Both the position numbers and the translations under genes were made by a program. 33,556 nt of DNA from Rotaria socialis (taxonomy: Eukaryota): positions 1-33,556 of the forward strand of contig CAJNYD010000320.1 in the NCBI GenBank assembly GCA_905331295.1, read 5' to 3'. This document shows, in pieces, positions 12,090-25,887 of the stretch; position 1 is the first letter of the stretch, and every line of letters begins with the position of its first letter. The notes beneath the pieces were generated by a model. It was not told where the DNA came from and ran no database searches. It saw only the letters and a program-made list of their open reading frames with translations.

Positions 12090-13960
12090 ATGAACGACAG
12101 TGATGACTTACGAAAATCCATTGATCCTCGTTTTCATATGCTTCTAAAAAGAACTCAAATATCTGCACGTTCGATAGAACCGACGGTAGCAAATCTATCG
12201 AATATCCAGCAACCTTCACAAGCATGGGTAAACAATGAAAATGAGTCTCAGGTTTCAAAGATCAAGTCGAAACCGGCTTCCAGAGTGTATTTGGTTAGCA
12301 AGTATGCTATAACAATTTTTGCTACTATCGAAACTCCACTCTTCTATTTCTCTCTTTTTCAATAGAACTGGGCAGCAAATATGCTCGACTCGCTGTCGAT
12401 CAATTGCTATTGCTACATTTATCTTTCTTATATGCGTTTTGTTAATCGTCCTCCCATTAGGGATTGTTTATGGTTTGGCTAGTAGCTCCGATTTTTCAAC
12501 ATCGATAATTTCAACAATGATAACAACAACAACAACAACAAACACTACTACTACGACGACTACAACGACGACAACAACCACTACCCCTCCGGCTACAGCT
12601 TGGATTCCAAGTAATTATGGTACGCCTTGCTCAAGCACATGCATCAATGTAACTACAGTGACTCCGTCGACACTCATTGCATCGTGGACATTCGAAATGA
12701 ATACAAACGATGTATCAGGTCAAGGACATAATGGAATAATTGCAAATGGAGCCGCATTTTCAACAGGCTATGTGGGCCAAGCTCTACTTCTTGACAGTTC
12801 TTTAGCTCAGTATATCTTTGTACCATATATCGATTTGACATTGAAAAGTTTCACTGTCGAAATGTGGATCTATTCATTCACATTGAGCTCGTTAGATTTA
12901 AGCCTTTTCGGTGAATGCGAAACCCGTAGTATTGATCAATGTCTCCATTATATCATTCGAAACTACAAAGTATACATGGGCTTCTATGGGGATGATCTCG
13001 TCGGTGTAACAAATCTGACCGCTGGTCGTTGGTATCATATAGCTTATGTTTATGATTTTGTTAACAACGTACAATCGATATACTTGAATGGATTATTAGA
13101 AGCAAGTAGAGTACCGATCTCGTCATATATGGGGCAAAATGGTAGTGCTGCATGTAAGTTATTTGATTTTGCATCTTTGAGATCTTAACATGGTAGATTT
13201 TTAATTTATAGTTGGTATAACGGGAGAAACTGGAGCAAACTACTATAATGGGCTGCTCGACCAGATAAGGATTACAAATCGAGTTAAAATATCGTGTGAA
13301 ATACTAAATGATGCATCACTGATCACGCACTACCCGTTTGATGGTTCTGTTGTGGATATTGGGCCCAATAAAATCACTGCTAGAACTACTGTACAGGGAA
13401 ACAGTGGTATTAGTTGGGTGATGGGTAAGGTCAATCAAGCAATCAACTTCAATGCATCAAATTCTTATTTTCAGTCATGCGGCTTTTGGGCATTAGGCCA
13501 AAATCAACCTTATTCTATTGCTCTGTGGATTAATCCATCATCTCTAGGTGGTACACTTTTTCATTTATCGACAGACGCTACAGGCTCAGGTGCCTGGTGC
13601 CTCCCAATGATTGGATTCAGTTCGAATGGATCAATTGTAGGTCAAACTTGGAATGGCAATACTTTTGTTGTAATTGCACCAATACCTCCAATAAATGCAT
13701 GGACTCACATTGTGCAAACATGGAGTTCGACTAATGGGTTGCACCTGTATATCAATGGTGGATTGTATGGCTCGATAAATGTTCCCGTGTTCGCAGCTGC
13801 AGGTGCTTCAATGTGTGTATTGCTAGGCAATAGTGGATTAGGAATCAACTGTCAAACAGGTCAGATTCTAATGGGTCCATATTCAGGAGCAATTGATGAA
13901 TTTTATGTCTACAATCGTGAACTGCTTGCATCTGAAGTGTGTCCACTTGCTCATCCATGA
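12090..13960 (+). CDS. Type II membrane protein with poly-Thr stalk and two LamG-like (concanavalin A-like) jelly-roll domains; exons 12090-12301, 12366-13153, 13212-13960
   Basis: In-frame GT-AG introns (64 and 58 nt); TM IAIATFIFLICVLLIVLPLGIVYGLA; motifs SFTVEMWI, WYHIAYVYD...IYLNG, YSIALWINP, WTHIVQTWS...LYING, YSGAIDEFYVYNREL. Confidence 0.9.
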
Positions 13961-14546
13961 TATTCTATAGAGATCGACACCGATTGAATATGAATTTTTA
14001 AAAATATTATCAATGATCTTGAGATCACAGAATAAAATCTTCAAAAATAAAAATACACGATATGAAGGTTGGTCGTAGGCTTTCACAAGGGTCTTGCAAG
14101 TGGGGGTGGGTGAGCAATTTCTTCCTCCCTCAATAACATAAGATTTTCAGTTTTCTCGAGCAAAAAAAATCAGATTAGGTCGATGTTTTATGATATTTCT
14201 GCAAGATTGTTTGAAAAAACCTCTTCACGCCTCCAAACTTTGATTCAATGCGTGATCCCTTGGCACGGAGGTAAGTTTCACATTAACATCGACAGACGCA
14301 CATCCAATCCCATATTCACTAGAATTACGCATTATTTCTTGGATCGCAATTTATCTCATCCCAAACTATTTGAGTTTAATCAGTATTTTAAATGCATAAA
14401 ACAACATACACCAAAGTGCTAAACCTCTGGTTTATTTGAAACACGTAGTCAAATAATTTGCATGAAACTGATATACCAAGTAAGTTAAATGAATAATGAA
14501 CCGATTTTTACAGAGCTATATTTGAAGATTTAGCAACATAAGCAAA

Positions 14547-15455
14547 TTAATGCTTACCGAGAACTCCATGCCGAAATGCCTCCAATATATGGCCATTCCA
14601 TTTGTAAGCTAAATTTTCAAGATAAATAATATGTAGGCCAGACGATACGTTTGATTCAATGTTCTTGACACGAAACATTGTGTCCACAAAGACTAAAATT
14701 TCTCGCTCATCTTCATATTCGGATATGCAAGGTAATTTGTCTGAAATGGAATATAGTTGGATAGCCATGTAACATGGTTCTGGAAAATCTAAGATCATCA
14801 ATGCACGTACATGTTTCGAAGATAATGAAGCACTGAACCGTCGAACAACATCAATATAAACCGATGTTGACCAGAAACTGACATTTCTGATGACATTACC
14901 GTTGTTATTTAACGTCCTATGATACTCTTTCAAGTCGTTCTTACTCACTGTAAGTCCGCGACAACAACGTCATTGAAATGCACGCTCTTTCAAAGTATCA
15001 GTTTTTGCTGCGAGAGTGTAAAAAAAGCACAGTCTACACCTTTGCCAAGTATTTTGTAGAAAGGCATTTTGAGGATATAGAGATGAAGAATATGTTCCAT
15101 CTTGCCTGTTCTCTTGTAAGTTCTAACAAGTTCAAATGCTTTCTCATATTGAGCATATTCAGACGCATGTTCAGCAAGAAATTTCTGCAGCGTATTGACT
15201 GTCGAATGACACCTCGGTCGTTAAGAAGGAGATTTACAATTTTTCTGTGACCAAAATAGGATGTTGCAAGAAGAGCCGTACTTCCATTCAATTGTAAGCG
15301 AGTGATTTCTTGGAAAGTAATAGCCAAAAGAATTCGTCTAACCAAATCGACTTCATCTGCTCGGCATGCTCGGTAGAAATTGCTTGCTTGACCATCTTTA
15401 GGTTTTTTATGATGGAAGTTTCTTCGTTTTCTACCAGGTTAGTCTCGTTACTCAT
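14547..15455 (-). pseudogene. Ankyrin-repeat plus NAD:arginine-type (R-S-E) ADP-ribosyltransferase pseudogene
   Basis: Ankyrin-like SNFYRACRADEVDLVRRILL and NGSTALLATSYFGHRKIVNLLL; ART-associated EHILHLY...PFYKIL; catalytic motifs CRGL, FWSTS, EDEREIL. Needs about three frame switches and read-through of a TGA at 14970-14972. Confidence 0.8.
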
Positions 15456-16534
15456 TAAAATTGTGTTCAAATAAGTCGGAACATATGGTAATACATATAA
15501 CTGAATGCAATAACAATATAAGCTATTGAGTAAACTAAGCTGACATATACACCAATAAGGATTTGTCTTATATTTTGCGGCAGATATCAATATTACTTAT
15601 CTAATTGGTTAACGTCTAATGCTTTGTTTTCAGCGAAGAAAATTAGACTAATGAAATAAAAACAAGTAACGTATGGTATGAACCGAAAAGGAATGCAAAT
15701 GGTATTCTACAAGTAGTAGCTTTATTTAGACGTCTTGGCTTTTTCTACCTTTGCCACTATTAAAAGAGATATGGAGATCAACTTGATTTGGTTTTCTTAT
15801 TCCTTTTCCTTTTCTTCCATATATCTTTTCTATTGTCTTGTTTTTATTCTGCTAAGACGCTCTGAAGCGCTTCTGATCTGAGTGGGAGGGTGTGCTGATA
15901 TTGATGCCACGCTTCGATGATTTCTCCTCATTCTCTTTCTGTTCTCTCTTCGCTTCTCGTATGCATACGTGTGTAGTGGATGAAGTTGCTAATAAACATC
16001 ATTATCAAGAGCGATAGTAAGCTACTCCATCCAGTTTGTCGTTACAAGTTCTATAAGTATTTAAGGCTAGATGCTAAAAAGCTGAACAACCTATTGCTTT
16101 TCTAGAAAAATTTATTATGACTATACGATTCGTTAATAAAATTAGCACTGTTTAATGCACACGGTTGTTTCAATTTTTTAAATGACTTGCCTCGAAATCT
16201 ATGAGGACTTACTTTGATCATAGATCTCAGAGCGAGGAAAAATCATCAAACTCGGTTGTGTGCATTCACTAGTGATTGGTGTGACTCGCAAAGACTAGCT
16301 CGTCAGTCGCACTTATGATCTATCTTTATGGTCTTGCAAAAAACGTCTGGCTTCTTTGATATCAACGGTTCAGTTGATTGGAAATTTTTATTTTTTGCAA
16401 TTTACTTTTCAACATTCTTTAACAATCATGCTTCACAAAAGAAAAAAGGAATCATCTTCATCCAGTATGGAAAAACCCATTGCAGTTGATAATTGCGTAC
16501 GCATTTTACTGACGATGATAACAAGTGAAGAGAT

Positions 16535-19298
16535 TTATTTTACCTTCTTGATACGTAATAATTTGATGTAACTCATAAGAAAAAGTGTCAATGCAATGGC
16601 TGTGAGAGAAAGAAAATATTGCCACATGTTCCAATTGGACTCAAAATGTATTGCTCGTTCATGCAAGACTTCGTTGCCTGACAAAGGACAGACATCAGTT
16701 TGGTTGGGCAGACAGAAGTTCTGATTGCGAAATTCATTGATGATTAATACATTATAGGCATAGCGAAATGCACTAAACCATTTAATCCATCGAAGAAACT
16801 TAAATACACTTTCCAATTCGACAAGAAAACCATTAAATACCATCATGATAACAAATATGAGAACCAAAATGATCAAAGCCACAGCTAAATATATAAGAAA
16901 GTAAAAACCCGGTCGAGAAAAACTTGAAACATATATGCAATACATACAACTGAGTCTAAGTCAACATTTTATCCTGATTACAACTAAAGAAGTTTTCCAA
17001 AATCTTGGCGTAGGTTCTAGCAGTAACTCATGTAGTGCTTAATCTTGCTATAATGGGGTTTTGACTGCTTTCAAGAGAAAATTTTAGTCAGTGTTTACTG
17101 AGTGGTATGTGAGCACAGGAGAGCTCTTTTCTTCACACATACTTTCATCGTCAAATTTGGATGCAATTTTATGCTATCATATTAGATTGGGCATGAAGGT
17201 GAGTAGATGAACTAAAAATCTAACTCAACAAACAGCAAGGCTAGCGTACAGTACCTGCAAAAGTTAAATATAAAAACTGCCAGAAAACCTTACCGAAAAC
17301 AGATATGCTTGCAGCGACAAAGAAACATGTAGCTGAACCGAACACATTGGCCATGAAAATGGTAACAAAAAAAACGAAGAACTTTCCAATATCATTTTGT
17401 AAGCCCATCATAATATAACAAATAATGCTGAAGATTATCGATGGTATAACTCGCATCGGTAAAAGATCGCACACCAATTTGACCAAAAATAAGGTTGACA
17501 TACTGTAGTAACCACTGACATTTTCCTAATAGAAACAGAGAATGTATTTTATTTATTACTAGTGCTCGTCATTGCATACTAGGACTGCAATGTAATTTCA
17601 CTTTAGAATATATAATGCATGAATTCTATCTGCATTAATAAAAAACATTTCAACTAGAAAAACAAATACTATTAAGTATTCAATCATATGTCCTTACATG
17701 AATAAAGAGTGCCCGCTCCTTGATAAATGGTTCAAGTGCTGTTGCCGTGCTAAATATTTGATTCACGACAACGAAGAAAATGCCACCCAAACGATTTTGT
17801 ACACCTGAGCCTATCGTTTGTGGCAATCGATAATAAAGAAGACCAGTGAGTAATGCAAGAATAATGGCTACCACCAGTTGCCACGTCAATAGTGCTGAAT
17901 TACGTATTGCAGTACGTAGAGTACGTTGGGACACATAGAAAAATTCTGACTTAATAGACCGAGCTGACTTTTGTTGGTGTTTTATTGCAATGTGTGAATT
18001 ATCTAATATATTTGATAAGTATTCTGCATTTCTAATGTGCATATTTGAGTCACGATACTTTTGGCAGAGTTCTGACGTTCGATTATTGCGAGCTGCAGTA
18101 ATGAGCACATCAAGTGCAAAGTCTGCTGGATTCTCAGATTGCTGGCATACGAAGTTTTTTTCAATAAAATAAGGACGAACTTCAGCGGATGAGCCAAAAT
18201 ACACATTGTGACCATGTGACAACAGTAAGACGGTATCAAAGAGTTCAAAAATTGAGTGTCTTGGCTGATGAATTGAAAATACAATAGTACCTAAATGAAT
18301 AAGAACAAATCCACTTTAGTTATCATGAAATTCGTACTATTTCGTCGACTACTCACATCCTTTACGTGAAAGATCTCTCAAACATTCCATTACTTCGCAA
18401 GCTGTTGATGCATCAAGACCTAAATACCACTCCAATCAAACAATTTTCAGAATAAAATTATTTTGTCTGCCTAACCTGTGGTCGGCTCATCCAGAAACAA
18501 AATCTTCGGAGACAAAACCAATTCCATGGCGATACAAGTACGCTTTCGTTCCCCTCCCGATACACCACGTTTTAGTTCTGAACCCATGCGCGTATTCGCA
18601 CATTCACTCAAACCTAATTGTTTGATGACTTCTTCAACACGTGCCAATCGTTGCGTAGATGTTACTGAGGGATGTAGACGAAGATTAGCTGAGAAGGCAA
18701 TGTTTTCCCGTACTGTTAGTGTGTCACTGATAATATCGTCTTGAACAACATAGCCCACCATACGACGAAATATGGAAGGAGGAGGCCGTTCGTAACCATT
18801 GATGAGTACTTGACCTTCACAATTTTGTCGATCTTTACGATCAGCAAGGATATCCAGTAAAGTCGATTTGCCACATCCAGTTGGACCTGCAGAATATTTA
18901 TTCATATGTTGTGTACTTAACTCAAAATTGATTTATCTTTATCAATAGTTACCTAGGATGGCATTCATGCCTTGCTGAAAGATTCCAGAAACTTTGAACA
19001 AAATTTGTTTTCTATTAGCAGCCGAACAGAAAGGTAGTTTGTGCCAGACATTTGATATCATATCTATCTTATAGTTAAGATTATGAAATGAGAGAGTTGT
19101 TCCGTTAGGCTCTTCACCATTGTTTGTTTCATCAGTTTGCTCATCGTTAATGAGACTTTCGAAAGACACGCTCGTATGAGGATTATAATTGACTATAGGC
19201 CTTCGAATGAATCAGCACAATGAAAAACCTTTACTATTTAAAGTATATACTTACTCTTTTGGATGAAGGAAGTATCCACTACCAATTTTGTTACCCAT
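16535..19298 (-). CDS. ABCG2: ABC transporter subfamily G half transporter (ABCG2/BCRP-like); exons 19298-19255, 19200-18953, 18886-18476, 18419-18357, 18290-17698, 17525-17294, 16884-16535
   Basis: Walker A GPTGCGKST, Q-loop GYVVQDD, signature VSGGE, Walker B ILFLDEPTTG, SIHQPR, ENPADF, NBD-before-TMD order; all six introns GT-AG and frame-consistent. Confidence 0.95.
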
Positions 19299-21736
19299 CA
19301 AGTTCGCTTGAGGTTGATGCTATACAATGTAAAATATCTTGAAAATAAACACTTCTTTTTTTTGCTAAAACCGTTTCTTCTTGATAATTTAAAAACAAAA
19401 ATTTCTGTTCTGTCGTTTTCTTGGAGACGAAATATTGGTAACCATAACAGAACAAATTAGTCATACAACATTTTTCCAACCTCCAAAACATACTGTGAAC
19501 TGACTGCTAAAATTATTGTGCCACCCTATCAATATTTATTTCTTATCAGTTTTATTTCACTTTTATTGGCAATTACAATTATACAGAATTCCTTTTTCTC
19601 CTGCAAGGAGCCAGAAGATTACACGAGATTACACGGATATATATGTATATGCTTTTGTTTAGCTTTCAATCAGTGACATTACTGCTTTGTTGATTATATT
19701 TTAGATCATAACTATTGCAATCTTTATAAATAGGACTTCTTTTGACAATTTATGAAAATCTCAACCCAATTGTTTTTTTTATCGTAGATAGTTCTCGATG
19801 AGAACTAGCAAAGGGAACGCAGTGGTAAAGACAAATAATCAAATGGAGAGAGTTCATACGTCATATGTTGATATCATGAAATGTAAATATCGATGTGGTC
19901 TATCAGTTTCTGTGCTGGGCACCTCATTTCAAAACTCCGATCTTGCTAATGAATCTATTTACCTCAGCTATTTTCTTTGTTCTACTGTATAGAGAGCAAT
20001 GTTTCTGTTGAGGTGAAAGCCAGTTACCAAGCGAGAGATTCTCGTTCATAATTTTTATTTTGGTGTGGATATGATTGTATAAGCTGGTCTTCACTGTCCA
20101 AACTAAGTGTAGAATAAAAAATCCTAATTTTTGTTTATCAGTCTTATCATATATCCTGACGAATATATGAAAGTACCAGATGTAAAATACTCTTTGCAGA
20201 GTAAATGAACTACAAGGGTTCATTTTACTACGTTTAGTTTTACAGTACATATGTGCAACAACTTATAATTAGTTTCTACAATAAACTTAAATTGATTTGA
20301 ATAAATATCGATGCAACAGTGTATACATTTGTTTGATAAAAATAAGAGATATCCTATGTTTTTCATACGAATATTGCATGCTATTTGAATTTATCGGAGA
20401 AACTAACTAGAGGATTTTCTAGAACAAACGTTCACCTTCAACTATCTACTGTGTCACATTTCTTTAGAATCTTAATGCTTTAAAATGTGTGAATCGACTA
20501 GTCATACTTATTTATTCGAAAAATTGCCTATGTTCAGCTAGTTCACAATGTTGAATGTTTTAGCTATGACAACATCATCACTGAATGAAATTCAAAAATG
20601 TTCTTCGCCGAAATGGTCAACATAAATACAGTGATGCTTTATTTCTGAATAGTTTAACAGTGGAAGTAAATTGAGTGCTGCTTGTATAAAGCTTGAGGCA
20701 ACATGTGCTAGAAAAAACCCAATGTGGATGTTTGTCATGTTTTGAAGATATTCATGTCGGAAAAAATTGTGTAAAACATTGAGTAATAAATGTGACTCAT
20801 TCAAAAGTAAATGCGCATATGTAAGCAAAAGGTTACCATAGAAGAAAAAAAGATTGTTGATTGTTGAATTTTTGCAGGTAATAGAACGTGAGCAAACTGA
20901 CAAAATTCTATGAATGACGCACCAGAAAAGTGAATTGAATCATAAACCAGTAGAAAAAAAGCTACAAAAATGAACGGGAGTGGCAAAGTTTTTCCTTAAA
21001 ACTTACATTCATTGTTTTCTTCGAAACTATATGTGACATGACATGTAATTAGTTTTCAATGAAGATATGCTCGAAAATATAGATATGTGAGTTCTGTTAT
21101 TGTCCAATCGTACTTGTCTATAGTTTTATAGTAAAGTTGACCTGAATGAGTTTTTTTCTCATTCATTATGGACTGTAGTGTGTTATCAAGAAGAAGTATC
21201 AATTATTTTACATATTATTTTTCTATGTTGTCTCTCTATTGAATCTTATGTAGTTCATTATTCATGCATATAGATCTTGATACGAATACATGCGAGTTTT
21301 CTACGTAGTCGTTATAGAACTTATCATACGATATTTCAGCGTATGATACTTATAGGCCGACATCAATATGCAAAATTAAAGCTTTTGGAGATGATGATAA
21401 GAGAAATCATAAAAAGGAAAAGAAAGCGAGACTCATTCACATCTGGCTATCACTATGCAAGTTTTATTGATTTAGTCGTCAAGATAAACCTTTCTAATGT
21501 GAGAAACATGCTAAAGCTGATTTATTAAGTTATTTATTTGTCGAACGAATTCTATGTTATTTTATTAATTAAACTCATTTGCCTAAATAAAACAAAGGTA
21601 ACTATGAGCTTAGGAATTTATATTATGCAAAGCATGCGAGGATTATTAAATTACAAAGCACAAAACAGAAAAAAAAGTGTTTTCATCAGTCAGCGTCATT
21701 ATACAAACATCAATTAATCTTTCTATGTGAAGAATT

Positions 21737-22487
21737 GATGTCCTCCACATTCGTCCCATATTACGTCCCACGATAATTCGTCCCAACTGAAAATTTGTCC
21801 TTTCCAGATTCGTCCCAAATGAAAAACTGAATACCGAATTCGCCCCATTCAATAAAAGGCCCTTATCAATTTATAAATTAAGATAAGAATAAGAGTATCT
21901 ATTTATATTTGTTTTTTTTATCTAACTTCATCCAATAAGAACAAAAGAGAACATCTGTAAAAAAAACATAACATTTATTTTTTTCCTTTTTTTATCTTCA
22001 CTGTTTTGCCTGATTCAATAGACAATTCAGTGGGTAGCTAATTGACCACTTTCGTATTGGTGGATTAAAGTTTTATTTACTCGCTTGATAGTATATTGAA
22101 AGTCCGAGTAATTTAACACTTGTTGATTTCGTTCACTGGTTGTAAATCGAAACATGTTCAGAAAGACTCGATCAATATATGAATAAAGGCTACATTATCT
22201 TTCACATATAACGTATCGATTCATTTCATCCATAAAATTATCAAATATTACAGCGAGATGTCACCATCAGAACTATCCCGGTAGTACATACACAGGATTT
22301 TAATCGCTTTGAGACATCTATTCTCTATACGCTTGATTATGTGATACTTTAATGAACCCATCTTACACTTCTTAGATTTATTTAAATTGATAAGGACTGT
22401 TTATGTAATGAGACGAATTCGGTATTCACGTTTTCATTTGGGACGAATCATTTTGGGGCGTAATATACGACGAATGTGGAGTAGACC
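21737..22487 (-). mobile_element. Non-autonomous Mutator (MULE)-like element with long TIRs; internal-deletion derivative
   Basis: Imperfect TIRs over 100 bp (CTCCACATTCGTCC...ATTCGTCCCAAATGAAAA...TGAATACCGAATTCG...CCTTATCAATTT); internal minus-strand mini-ORF from ATG 22155 MFRFTTSERNQQVLNYSDFQYTIKRVNKT resembles a FLYWCH start. TSD not found. Confidence 0.7.
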
Positions 22488-23219
22488 AAAATATAAAACC
22501 ATTGATTAGTATTTTTACGAAGCATGTAAAATTGATTGTACTGAAATAGAATTATAGTTTCAAGACTTTCATCGACCATTGAGAAAACTTAGCAATTCTT
22601 ATTCTATAAGGAGTATTTCACTAATTTAAACTGTATAAATAATACCTACAGGGCTATTATTACAGAGATACAGACATTTTCGTCGTCATAATGATAGCTC
22701 AGCATTCAAATGACAATTCTTCGTTTGAGTAGACAATTTCACATCGCTTTCACATGATATGTATTGATATTAGGAACAATTCATCTAGAGTATTATGTAT
22801 TATAGTTTATTTAAATTTCAATGAATTTCTATTAACTGCTACTGCCAATATGTAGATATTTTTCAAAAAAAAGTAAAGCACAAAGTAAAACCAATTGGCA
22901 AGTCTACAGTTAATTTTTTTGCATGGGCATGCAGTTGAAGAAGAAAACTAGCGAATTAATAGACACCAGTAGTGTTACTATAATGAGTCAATATTCATCT
23001 TATTATTTCATTCTTACTATCGTCATTGATCGAAAATGGAAAAATTTTGTATTCGATCTACATATGCTTCAAAATGAGATAACAACAGCAAGATGTATTT
23101 GAAATCAAACGTATTTTTTGTTTTTATTCAAGTTATATGATAGGATTACAGCATAATTGTAAAAGGAGTCAATCATAAAGTCAATGTATGGATGATGTGC
23201 AAAGATCAATTATTAAACA

Positions 23220-25364
23220 TTATTTAAGCGTCTTATTTAAAAGTTCTAACGATGTGGATACTATTTCATACTTTTCTAGATGAGGAGTACTGATAAAGTG
23301 TAATTTTCCAACCGGTGAACTCGAATATGCTTTTTGTATCCATAACACTAGTCGACCATCAGTGAGACAACACGCATTAATCGGTGCAATATGAAAACGG
23401 CGAATCAACACACTATCGGTAGCTTGATAGAGAAGTAATTGTTGGCTTCGAGGATCACATAATAGATATCTTGAATCTGTTCCATAGCTTACGATTGCTG
23501 TGAGCCATCGAATTGAAGAAGGCAGGCGAACGTGATCAGTCATTTTCTTTAGTGAATGATTGTACAAAGCAAAATAGTGATCAATGTCTAATAGATTTCT
23601 TGATTGTGTAGACCACTTCTCTGTTTGTGGAAAACGTCTGTAAACAAAAGCTAGACGATCACAAGATACAGATAGAGCGGCCAATTGTCCTTCAATCGGT
23701 AAAGTATTAATTAATTTCATCTGTTTGTCATCGCATGCATTATATGAATCGTATATAGAACATGATTTGTCTTTCTCTTGTTCTACATCATCCAAAGATG
23801 TTGTCAAGGTACGAGTTTCTAGTCGGTATGTATCTGCTCCAGACTTGTAGGCTAAAAGGAATAAAAACTTCAGTATTAATCGTTCAAAATCGATCTGTTC
23901 TAACAGCCGAGCATTTTGTAGATGTTTGCTTTTTTCTATTTTACGACTCATAGTTAAAATATAATTCATGCTAAACTGCTGCTTTTAAACATAAAAAACA
24001 AAAATATACTGGCACCGTAGTTCGAACTTTAATAAACAGAAATATTGTTTATTTTACAAATATCCTTATCCTTGAGACATTGAATTTCAGCAGAACATAA
24101 TCTAACTGAAGTATACATAGTTTCGAAAACTGCTGAAACTTACCATAGAATAAAATTCCCTTATGGTTGCTTGCAAGAAATCGCTGAGAATTAGTTCGAT
24201 CGTCGTAAGTTGATTGACATCGATATCTTGGTGATATACTTTGACGTGCTGCCGGTGGCATTGAGCCCGACATACAGCGAGCACCGCTTCCACACTTGCA
24301 TATACATCGAAGTTTTTGTTGATCCATATCAAACAAGTAAAAATGATATCGTCCAACAAGAATTAAGCGTTCAGTGTACGAGCACCAAACACCTGCAATG
24401 ATCTTATCTTTTATATTGCCCAGTACTCGACTAAGTGGAATCGACCAGGTTAAACCAGAACTACGCGTGTACACATCAATAGATAATAAGCTAAGGAGTA
24501 TGACACCGTTATCGCGACCTTGACAAAAAAATGTTTCTAGGTAGGAATCAACTAATGACACTGCTATCGGATGTTGACCCATTGAAAAAGAACGTTCAAT
24601 AGGACGTGTGAAATTCAATTGAGTATTGAGTGAGACAGTAATCGTCTTGGAACGAGTTAGTGCGGTTGTTGCTACTTTCAGTCGGGAGCGACGAAATGAG
24701 AATGTTTTCCTATCGAAATCATAAGAATTCATAAGAGTTGGAGACTTTTTCGTGAATGGGTCTGCATGATCAGTGAGGCATATCTCTAAGTCAGTGAGAG
24801 TTTTGGCATTAAGTAATTGATCATTTTCAAGATGCTCCTTGAGAGTAATTAAATAATTTTCCAGAGAACTTCTTGTTAGGATTGATATATTTGAGCTAAA
24901 CGATATAAAAATTAAAACGATTGATCAAATAAATGTAAAATTTTCTAAATTGAACTTAGGAAAATCATAGAGAATTAAAACAAAAAAGAAGTTATGACTC
25001 CTCGTGAATATACACCATTTTCAAGACTAACACATTTTCTTTTGCCAGTCAACTGAGATTCAAAAACTTACTCTCTGGAATTATCAGAGTTTCGTTTTAG
25101 TGTTTCTGATACTTGAACAGGTTTCTGATCAGATCCATCGGTAGAATCAATCAATTTCATTTGATAAAGTTTCAATCGCTTGAGAATTTTGTGCATCTGT
25201 TTAATAACAAACCCACGATGTTTGTTAGTACATCGAGCACACAGAACAATTTCGCAATGATTAATACATGCAAATTGAGCAATGGAACCACATGACGAAC
25301 ACTGTGGGTCTCGTTTTGAGTCTTCTACTTTAGTTAATAGTGTAGAATGTAATGTTATGCTCAT
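23220..25364 (-). CDS. B-box-like zinc finger, coiled coil and divergent beta-propeller-like protein; exons 25364-25072, 24895-24144, 23851-23220
   Basis: CSSC...CINHCEIVLCARCTNKH motif; GT-AG introns join the three ORFs in frame; beta-rich C-terminus with PINACCLTDGRLVLW. Confidence 0.75.
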
Positions 25365-25414
25365 CGCATAAGAGCTATCTTATAAGAATTGTTTCGATCT
25401 AGAATAGAGCTAGT

Positions 25415-25441
25415 TATATATATATATATATATATATATAT
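25415..25441. repeat. (TA)n microsatellite
   Basis: About 13 TA units, 50 nt upstream of ATG 25364. Confidence 0.95.
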
Positions 25442-25680
25442 GATTTCATTGAACAGCAGAACTCGATGAAATCTTCACTATTTTTTTTATAAATTCATTG
25501 ATTAATTGGAATATTTTATATCATTATGAGCCATGATGAACGGATAACGATTACCACAGCTTTTTCTACCGAGTTAGAAACTTGTGAAGGCAACTGTTAA
25601 GTCACTCAAAACTGAAAGATCAAGTGCAAAGAAAAGGAAATTTTTATCTAAATTTCGATTGGGAAAATTGCATCATTTAA

Positions 25681-25887
25681 CCCTTCGTTACTGTTGTGGA
25701 GTTCGAGCGGACCCACTTTACAGTTTTTCATCTAATACTTCGTTAACATTTGTTGTTTTGGATCATGTATTTTTATCTGCCCTCTAGTCTCTTGTTATTA
25801 TATAATATCATTACAAGGAATTTTAAATAACTCTAAGAGGGAAGAAACACAGGACAGGATCCAATTGGACCCACAACAGCAAAGGTG
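25681..25887. mobile_element. Degenerate piggyBac-like MITE
   Basis: TTAA|CCCTTCGTTACTGTTGTGG at left; CCACAACAGCAAAGGTG|TTAT at right (imperfect inverted repeat, decayed TTAA). Confidence 0.55.

Noticed and set aside
14087..14262. Possible hAT MITE (CAAGGG...CCCTTG)
   Set aside because: Inverted match is too short and no TSD is visible.
20592..20990. ORFs or possible decayed transposase
   Set aside because: Only a weak DVCHVLK resemblance on the plus strand; no catalytic motif set.
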